From contig CM120641.1 in NCBI GenBank assembly GCA_051362555.1, forward strand, positions 29,890,401 through 29,954,400: 64,000 nt of DNA, read 5' to 3'. Position 1 is the stretch's first letter, and every line of letters starts with the position of its first letter. Under the pieces are notes generated by a model. The model was not told the origin of the DNA. It saw only the letters and a program-made list of their open reading frames with translations, and made no database searches. The position numbers and the translations under genes were made by a program. The stretch comes from Lingula anatina (Eukaryota > Animalia > Brachiopoda). Shown piece by piece: positions 54,393-64,000 of the stretch.

Positions 54393-54996
54393 CACCCTGA
54401 GCTTCAGAGATAACTTGACACTAACCTCTTCACTATAGCCCATCTTCATCGTGTCAAGTTACCTCTGACGAAAATAGTTTGACCTAGTTTATATAAGCCA
54501 ATCGAATCCATGTTTCAAAATTTTTCACCAAAGTTTGGTGAAAACGCTGATTGGTTGACCGTCAATCGGCAATCCTCGGCTGATTCCGCAAGCTCCATAC
54601 TAACAACATAGTTATTGTCGAGTGCGGAGACATCCGAGTAGTTCCGAGTGCATAACCGTACACAAAGAAAGCATGGAGTATATCGGAATTGAAACCAGAG
54701 CAGTTTGATGCCCTGCATAATTATCTACTGAGGGATGATGTATTTTGCGTGCTGCCCACAGGTTACGGCAAGTCCCTGATATTCAGCCTTATCTTTGATT
54801 GGTCCGGATTTGAACAAAGCGCGCTTTGACTCGTTCGCGTTTATTGGCTAGATCGTTCAATGAGGCATTGAGTGCGGGCTTTAAATTTGATTGGCGGGCG
54901 GCGGAGGCAATCGAATGTGGTCAGAGGTAACTTGACACGCTGAAGATAGGCTATAGTGAAGAGGTTAGTGTCAAGTTATCTCTGAAGCTCAGGGTG
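54393..54996 (+). mobile_element. 604-bp TIR element with 8-bp target duplication, carrying a RecQ-type helicase fragment
   Basis: About 77-bp near-perfect TIRs CACCCTGAGCTTCAGAGATAACTTGACACTAACCTCTTCACTATAGCC...; TSD GGCCCAGT at 54385-54392 and 54997-55004. Internal frame 54686-54787 reads ELKPEQFDALHNYLLRDDVFCVLPTGYGKSLIFS. Confidence 0.88.
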
Positions 54997-55627
54997 GGCC
55001 CAGTGCATCTGCTATTCAAAAAAAAAATTACTATGGAAGTATACTAGCTTATTTTTTTTATCTTTTTTTAATAAACCTTTAGTTCTACAACCAATGACAC
55101 TTCAGCAAATTTTCACTTAGGGAATAACCTCAGCTCTCATAATATTTGGAAGGCATAAATTTTCAAGTAAAAAAAATCTTAAAATTAGTTTATGCATTGC
55201 CAAACTAATTTATCTGAGTAGCGCAGACATTGCTCAAAGTCAACACACAAATTCATTGAGAAAAGATGGTGCTGGTGGAAAGTAATGCCCCAAAACAGTT
55301 TTTGCCCCCCCCCCCCCCCCCCCCCCCCCAACACACATCATTAAAAAGTTACTTGTTAACAGTGTACAACTCCCCTCTCCCCTCCCCAAACTGAAATAAA
55401 AAAATGATTTTGGAATAGGACAAGTCTATTTTGACACCTTTTGTGCGACTGGGCAAGTGCTTGAATTAAGTCCTGGTATAAAACAGCATATTCTTCCAAA
55501 AACCTTGGGCTACCAATGGCTCACTAGTACCAGTACCACGTACATCTTGGCAGCTGGTAGCCCTACAGCAGAGAGTTGAGGTCGGGCCCTGATTTCTTGT
55601 GACATACACACAGTCACTAACACCTAC

Positions 55628-56130
55628 CTTACCTTATCGTAAAACGGCTTTCCTATAACGTGATTACAAATAACTAAACACAGACAGAGGCGTCAAAATA
55701 GTTCTCGTGGAGTATTTTGCAATTTATGGTCTCTGTATTAAAAAGAGTGCTCTTTTACTTTGGAGGAAAAAGGATTTGTCTTCAAGGGCGGCTTTGTACG
55801 GTGACTGGTGAGTAATTTATTTGCAAATTAAACTATAGCACAAGTGGAAGCCAATGTAGAAGGGGCAAGCGATTATCCTGAGCTATATTCACAAAATATT
55901 CGGGGTTATTATTCTTATATAACAAGTAAATGTGGAAAATTCTTTCGCAAAGCTAACATCTGCCTCAAACATTACGTTTTAATGTAAGTTCATATTGCCG
56001 TCAATTTTAAATTAGAATTACTTAAACTCTGTGCTTAGGAGATATATAACCAATTATAACCCTCTGTTAAATGTATTTTATATCTAGTTTAGCTTGGGTT
56101 AAATGCCGACGAAATTACAAGGGTAAGTGT
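55628..56130. promoter_or_regulatory. Candidate RRP36 non-coding first exon and possible bidirectional promoter
   Basis: Strong minus-strand donor AAG|GTAAG at 55633/55632. Plus-strand donors CTG|GTGAGT near 55808 and AGG|GTAAGT at 56123. Locally more CpG than the surroundings. Confidence 0.35.
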
Positions 56131-59100
56131 CGTGATACGAAACTGTCAATAGATGGCTGTACTAGTCTGAAGCCGCAGTTCCATTAGTCTTAGGTTTGGT
56201 AGCAATCGTCTTGGCCAAATTGGAACGTACGTGCCCAGTTTCATCAACACTGCATGGATTGGGCTTTTGATGGAATAAGTCTATCCATTAGATAAAATTG
56301 TTGCAATCTGGGCAGTTATCTTGTGGGTAATGTTTTCAAACACTAAATATTTTTCTCTGATATTGCAATATCCAGTGGCAATAATAATAATAATCATAAT
56401 AATAATAATATTATTATTTATTTCTTAAAAACCACACTACACTACTCAGAATAACAAGTGAGGTGATTGAATAAAACATTAAAATAATAAATACTGGTTT
56501 TATTAGTAAAAGTCTAAATAATGAAACTTTTTATGATAAAATGACTGCTATCCTATCCATAGGATAACATTTTTATTTAATGGAAAGTGTTATTCATAGG
56601 ATAAAGATATCCAGTTTTGGTGAAAATGGGCCCTTTGGTTAACAGGTGTGAAAAGCAGACAATTTTCATTTTATTCAGCAATAATTTATTTCAAATCATT
56701 CAAATAGATTGATAAAGTAAAAGCCACATTGGGTAGTTAATTAAGGGGTGACATGAGATAATTAAGAATAATTTAGATAAAGGAACAAAGTGTAAAAATT
56801 AAAACATTTACCACTTTTTTAAACTTACCTGAGTATAAGTAATACTGTCTGATCATATAAACAGGTAAATGCCATGAAATAATGCAGCCTAAAATAATCT
56901 ATTACCAAGCCCACCACCTGCCAATCATGTTCTGTTTTAATTAACTTGGATTTTAATATTCAGTAATAATAATTGATATAAGATTTACACTAACCAAATC
57001 CATGTTGTTTGACCTATTGATTTACTGAAAGTTATACTTTTAAAAATTTGTAACCTTCAACCTGTTCATAGTTATCCCAGTAACCTAGTTTTGCGTGCAT
57101 TTTTTCCTGTGCTAAAGTGGATAGGATAAGTTTTATTTCTTCTGATAGGTGGCGCTATCATGAATTGGAAAATACAGACCTGTCCACGATTGTTACACAT
57201 TGGTTGAGACCCTTGCAGTATATCATGGTAATTTTTCTTTATTGTAGTCACACAGGCCTATTTTCTTTTTTTTTAATCATTACTGATGGTGGTAGTGGCC
57301 TATGGTTTATGTTTAATGAGATACTACAATTGGCAAAAATAACATGAAATAAAGAAGTGAGGAATACTAACATTCTTTGACAAATAAGCTTGTGGAATTT
57401 ATAAGTTGTAAGACCTGTGGAATAGCAACATTCTTTGACAAATAAACTTATGGAATTTATAACTTTTATTGTCATAAAAGTTTGCCGTCCTGTCTGTTTT
57501 TTAAAATAATTTTTATAATTTTGAAAAAGACATGGATTAAAGCAATGAGTATATTTTTTTTTTTGTTTTTGTTACATCATTTTTCAAAAAAAAAAGTTTT
57601 GAATGCTGACATCATCCAAAAATAGTAATAAAAAGAGCAAAGCCATTTATAATAAGAACAAAAAGAAAAATAATTTTTCATCAGATCTATTTACTTTTTT
57701 CAGTGCAACATTTAAGGCATTATTAATGAGAGAGAGAGAGAGAACGGTTGATGTGTGCCAAATTATCTTAACTTAAAACTTTCCTTTTAAATACTGTGTT
57801 TTCTAATATACTCCAGTATGTATAAAAGAACCTTTCTAGGTTGATGTATGAGGCTCTATTATTATGGTCCTAACATAAGGTTTTGAAGTTTAGAGACATG
57901 GACAATCCCTTTCAAAATAGTAATTTCCCCTTGCATGTTGTGAATGATCAATCTCCTCTTTATGTAATTTAAGATTGAGTCAGCCCACTTTAAAGAAAAG
58001 AGACTTACTTCTATTACTAGTAACCCAAGCTTTTCATCCTATGCAGAGTCATTAGATTACACTGAAGGCCATCAACCGTATTGTAGTCTTTTTTCCAGTA
58101 TCTCCCACCAGCATTTTATAACAATACCCATATACAGTGCACATGTAGAGGTATACAAATTCCTGCAGAGGTGCTTTAGAATAGCTATATATCTAATTTT
58201 ATACGTATAATACTTGATGTAGAGAAATAATACATGCCCCCTGATGTAAGAAGACCAGCTTAGGCATATAATTATCAAATCTGAGGAAAATTACTGTGGG
58301 AACAGCAGAAAAAAAAGGACTATTCTATTCGATTCTGAGATTGTGGTACAAATATTGTGGTCCATCAGGTTTTAGTTGGTAATTGTTTTAATAGGGTTGG
58401 TCAACTGAATGACTGGGCTTAGAAGGGCCACTTAACCAGGATTATCTATTCACATTGTAAGTAGTCTTTTTGTGGTAGTTACCCTTGAAGAACACCTGGC
58501 CTATTTTCCCACACTTTCAAGCTTGGTCCCCAGTAATAAGCCATTCTAGCAGACATATTAAAGATGATTATAGGACTTTACATGGGTCAGGTAGAGTGAC
58601 TATAGGTATGGGCTTTTGTCTTGCACCTGCATGCTGTGGGATGCTATTACAAATACCTTGAACAGTCACCCTGGGCAAAGCATTGTAATCCTTACTTGTT
58701 CTTGTTAATCTCTTTGAAAATTGCTGTAGTCTTGCCTCATTCAACTGTTACATATTGGGTAGGTGTGACAAGGGCTTATGAACGGGAACTTTTGGCAATG
58801 TTGACTCTGGTGGTTAGTGTCCTATAAAACTTTGTCATTGTTTTTAGTAATCCTGTTTACATATAGGTTTATTAGTTCCAGGTGTGACACATATATTTTT
58901 AAGACTCAAGGTGATATGTGTATAGACCTATAAGACCAGGTTATATGAAAAGAAGTTTTAATGCCTAATGGATGTTCAAATGTTTTAATTTTCAACTTGT
59001 CGAAACTTGGTACTTTACAATTTATGGAATTTCCGAGCGCTTTTCTGCTATATGCTTAGTTTATAGACATGTAATGGAATTTGTAATTGATCACAAGAGC

Positions 59101-61066
59101 CAACTGAAAAGGTATTGATTTTTGGATGTCTCTCTGTCTTTAAGTGCCATGGGAAAAGAAACCAACTCACGTTCTCAACTTTGTGACAAATTTGCAACAG
59201 ATGGTGGAGATCATACAGTCTCCTGTATTTACACATAAAAATTTCTCCTTGCTCTATAAAATGTGGGCATTCCTTTGAGGGAGATAAGTAATAGTGCCCA
59301 AGTAGTTATTATTCACTACTTGGGGCACTGATTCACTGTTGTGAAATGTAATTACTTTTCCAAAATTTTATAACAAGTTCTCCCAGTTTATTTTACCAGA
59401 CACGGAATTAAGCATGTAATTTAAACTTAAAAAAACAAGGTTATTTTTTATTGCAGTGGCTGTTGTTATTATGTTTTATCCTCTTTTTAAATCTTGCTGT
59501 GTATAATCTTTACTAACTTTACTTGATATTTAAAGTAATGTTATCATAATTATCATAATTTCCATCTGTTTATTTCCCCCACGTATGATCATTTTCAAGA
59601 TGCGCTTAACAGTACATTAGACAGATGATGAAGGATGCTTTTTTCCTGAGACAGGTGCTGTAAACAGTGCCGGTTCACTTATATTTGAAACCAATAGTGC
59701 TCAAACCAGTTATATGATCATATGATAAGCTGAATGACCAGCTTTGTGGCTGTTTGCCCTACTTGAATATTTTTACGTCAACTCAAATCAACCAATGTAA
59801 TGTTTTTTTTTACCTGTCAGAGAGCAGAAATGTTTATAAGTAGCAGGGCTTGCTTGGTGTAGACCCATCCCAGAGAAAATTCAATCACCCCCATCAAAGA
59901 ATACCAACTGGTAGACAAACTGAATTCATTGTCACCTTTTAAAAATTACTTAAATTGTGTCATATTAAACACATTGATGTTATTCAAATCCTTGAGTGAA
60001 TATTGAGACCTCCAAAAGTTGCTTATTACTTTGGTGATTACTTATTGATTTAAGATAATGACATAACATTTGAAGTGTAACTGTGATATTAAATGATATT
60101 TAAGTATTATGGTCCCTTTCCTGTGGAGGCATTATTTTGTTCTGTGAATAATAGATACCTCAGTGGTCTCTATGTAATGCAATTCTTAAGTACCCAATAT
60201 CTTTGACTTTGAAGTGGTGTCACACTGTCCGGATTCATTTCTAGGCCAGCATTAGTGGTATCTGTCACATTACGAGACTCAGGAATATGTTGAGATAGTT
60301 TTCAACTACCACACCTTCACGACTGCTACCAGTATATAAATGCTGTTTAAAAACGGCGTCAGCCTCTGTTTATATGCCATCAGGTAGCACTTTTCAGTGT
60401 TGAGCTAATACATGTTACCTAAAGTGATACCCTTATAGAGAAAAAATTACACATAATAAAAAGTAAACCAAGGACAGGGACATTAACTTTGATCTAAAAT
60501 TGTTATATATTTTTCTGAACAGCTCCTTATTTTCTTGAGTTCTGTCCAAAAGCCCTTCTTTTCATGAATGATCTCCTTTTATTGGACCGATCCTATAAGT
60601 GTGTAGACTCCTGTAGTTATCACCTGTGCCTGTGGTCATCGTAGCTGTCGCTGTGCCCCCTTTACTGATGAACACCATAAAAAATTGCTTCTTTCCGTAT
60701 TATACTCCTCATGGGTATAAAGCTCTCATGGATATAAAGCCCTATGCTAGTTACATTATCTGAATGTCCAGGGTAGCAGTATTACTATACACCATTAAAT
60801 TGGTTATGATGATGTTGTTGAGCATAATGTATTTCATCAAATTGACCAAAATAACATTTTGTGCTTGTCATCAATGAATTGTTTGTTCATCATTTTTTAA
60901 CTGATAAGATGTCTTCTTAAGTTCTTACAGTTTTTTATTTCATTTAATGTCTGTCCATTTGGAAACCTTACTGCCTTATTTTTTCTTAAGCTAATAGACA
61001 TACTTTAAATAAGCAGCTTAACATTTGCCCTATGATGCTGACTATCCTTTAGTGCTACAATTATAA

Positions 61067-61984
61067 GGGACCAGTAATTGTTTAAGTCAGAGAGGGGAGG
61101 GTGGAGAGGAAAATGCCTGTAATCCAAAGGTCCCATTCAGAATAGGGGACTAACTAGTCCCAGGGTCAAATATGGTGACCCACTACAAAACTTGCTTTCT
61201 AATCTGCTAATAGACACTGAATAGATATTTCATGGCGAAGTATTCAAGCGGGTCGGCCATATTTGACCCTCAGACTAGTTAGTCCCATATACTGAATGGG
61301 GCCAAAGAAAATTTCAAGCCCCATCCCCGCAACAGCATTAAAATTTTTCCAGGAACCCACTTATGGATTGATAGAAAAATTTAAAAATTCAGCCCCCTCC
61401 CCCTCCTTCAATAAAGAATATATATGAACCGCATGAGAAATATGCATGAGAAATATATCAAAAACACTCCACTCATGTGGGCAATTCAATGAAAAACTTT
61501 CATGTGCAAATTGAATTGCTTTACAAAATAAATTTTGAATGTTATCATTATTTTTGTTTTTTCTCTTCACTGTACGCACTCTATATAGATAGTAAATACT
61601 ACAGAATTTATTCATTCTAAAAAAAAAAAAGAAAACTGGTACAGGGTTACCAGCTTACTTGATAAGTATGAGGGAAAATGATTTTTTCAAGGTCGGTGAA
61701 TTGTCAGGGAAATAAGCATTTAAGTCAGAGAAAAATTGAATATCAGACCCCCTTATCTCCCATTTTCAAATTTCAAGACCCCCCCCCTAATTTTCACTTA
61801 AAAATTCCAGGGGCCTCCAATGTTAGAAAGCGTGATGTCTGTGTTTAAGAATAAATGTCAAAAGTGGGTGATTAAGAAGAACAAATATGATTAACAGAAG
61901 GGGGTCTTCATTAGAAACCATGGCAAAGATGCCAGGAAGATTATCAAGTTTCCTTCCCCTCCAACTTAAATAATGACTGGTCCC
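61067..61984. mobile_element. Non-autonomous PIF/Harbinger-like element
   Basis: TAA-GGGACCAGTAATTGTTTAAGT ... ACTTAAATAATGACTGGTCCC-TAA. Confidence 0.75.
61129..61303. mobile_element. Small MITE nested in the previous element
   Basis: About 55-bp imperfect TIRs GGTCCCATTCAGAATAGGGGACTAACTAGTC... / ...GACTAGTTAGTCCCATATACTGAATGGGGCC; AAA on both flanks. Confidence 0.75.
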
Positions 61985-64000
61985 TAAGTCCTACTTCACT
62001 ACCTCTGAACATAAATTGGACCAACAATAAGTCTACCTTACAGCAAAACAAGACCCTGCTTAGTATGGTATAAGGTAAATAGTGGCTGAAACTGTACTAT
62101 TAGCCTTGCAGGCTGTTTTGGTAAAATCTTTGGAGAGATTAGTTTACTTAGGTCCCTTTATTCTGAAACTTTCTCAAATGTGTCTACATTTGATTTACTC
62201 TGGTTTTATCAGTCTTAAGAAATCACAGAATGTTCTAAAATAATTTGATTTTATTCTGATAAGTACAATGCTAACTGGTCCTGGAGAGACTACTATTTGA
62301 TGTGTTGTTTGATGGCTAAGTTTCCACCTAGCCTGAAGGAAGGCTCATTTTGCTACTCCATTAATGGACAGATTGTTTCGAATGACTCTGGTTGCTTGTG
62401 GAACCATGTAGTACAATAATGTTATCACCTATATAAACTTCTTGGCATCTTTGCAATGGTTTCTTATGAAGACCCCTTCTGTTAATCATATTTGTTCTTC
62501 TTAATCACCCACTTTTGACATTTATTCTTAAACATGGACATCAAGCTTTCTAACATTCTCAATAATAAACAAAGAATGTGCCTGATAAATAAATGACTGG
62601 ACTGGAAATTTTCAGTATTTCTATTTAAAACGATCTATTCCAGTTTGGAACATAATTCGTCTTTTATTCACAAAAGGTATAAAATGATCCTGTTATGACC
62701 CTGATGGTAGGTATGCCATTTTCCCCCTTTCAACAAAAGCTGTGTTCCGCTAGTATGACCCTAAATAAGTACTATTATGTGTTAACTGTCACGAGTCTTG
62801 CAGGATGTCAGATTTTGTATGTTGTATGCTAAGAATAACTTTTCCATAATTTCTTTAAAAATAACCTTATTCTTTGATAGCTGATAAAGAAGGCAAAACA
62901 CCCCAAGCAAATAAACTGGAACTTTTTATTTGCCCTAGGTAGTTAGAAGTCTAAAAGCTGCCACTTGATATTCCAAATGACATGGTTCTGATTTTGCATA
63001 AGAAATGCTGCTTCCTTTAGGCATTTTAGACCAAACATGCTTGATATGGGTCAGTTGAAGTTTTAAGTGATTGAAAAAAAATCCCTGGCTTTTATTTGCA
63101 GCAGTTGAAATTTATCTGCTGTATGAAGAGAATACCAATTGTGTACCTTGTCATGAAAAGAATTATCAGCTACATGCTAATGCACAAGTGTAATGTAGCG
63201 TAGATATAATTTATTTTAAATGAAATTGTAAGTGCTTGTTTTTTCATTATCATAGATCAGAAGATTGTGCTGACATCCTTATTTATGGGAAATGAGTTTG
63301 GAAACATTGACATTAACTTGACATTACTTTCTCAATATCAGTCAAAAATGCTTTAATGTGATACAGATGAATCTTCACCTAGCTCTCTGATCTTAACACT
63401 TGGCAAAAAGTTACTTCTCAATGACTTCATTATTGAACACTTAATATGTACTCTTCTTTGTTTTGGCAACAAGTTGCATTACTTCTCAATAACTTCATTA
63501 ATGAACACTTAATATGTTCTCTTCAGGCTCTGGTCCCTTCTTTATGAGGTTGGTATCAGTCAGGCACTAGCACATGGAGCTCAGCAGCCAATTTGCTTGT
63601 AGTTGTTGGACATGACACATGCAGCAGGCAAGTGATGCAAATAACATGGAAATGACAGTACCAAGTGGTCTTTGCAATGATGTGGTAAATCCCCCCTCTT
63701 CATCCTTCAGCAGCTTGGCCACAAATACACATCACAGGTATTTTCTAAAATGATAAAACAGATTTTGCAATCCCTGATTAATTTGATATATTTGTGTGTC
63801 ACATGTACAGATCTTCACTCTTTCTCTCTCTCTCTCTCTTGTTTATTAAGTGTAACACTGAGGATGTTTTTAACGTTATCCATTTTGTTATGTACAGACA
63901 CAGATGTGTCTGTACATATAGCTGTCACCTGGGCCCGTCACCTGTGTCTGTCGATGCATCGTTGCCATCATCACCGTTGCTGTGCACTTTCACCGATAGC

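Noticed and set aside
59620-59740. Possible C/D-box snoRNA (ATGATGA ... CTGA)
   Set aside because: No terminal stem or recognisable rRNA antisense element; the boxes are short and expected by chance.
63410-63525. Short local tandem duplications (also 57368-57465)
   Set aside because: Two-copy 35-46 bp duplications typical of replication slippage; no further structure.

Overview
AT-rich animal genomic DNA from an invertebrate, probably a lophotrochozoan; the taxon cannot be determined from sequence alone. Three multi-exon genes could be assembled by hand with GT-AG junctions and consistent phases: exportin-1/CRM1 (XPO1, + strand, CDS 5108-21090, 23 coding exons, 1072 aa), a prolyl-oligopeptidase family S9 serine peptidase (- strand, 33175-23788, 14 exons, 658 aa) and RRP36 (- strand, 53455-46724, 8 exons, 252 aa). 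The rest is introns and intergenic DNA with MITEs, LINE remnants, decayed Tc1/mariner elements and microsatellites. The main observation is a tandem pair of 157-nt XPO1 exons (15407-15563 and 15608-15764) separated by only 44 nt. The reading frame survives only if exactly one of them is used, so they look mutually exclusive. They differ at 14 synonymous codons but only two residues, D523E and C528V. Cys528 is the NES-groove cysteine covalently bound by leptomycin B and SINE drugs, so splicing could switch between an electrophile-sensitive and a cysteine-free exportin. Candidate competing RNA pairings flank the pair. Other points are a three-level nested transposon whose empty sites are visible elsewhere in the window, and a TIR element carrying a RecQ-helicase fragment. 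All coordinates were read by eye; no searches or folding computations were run.
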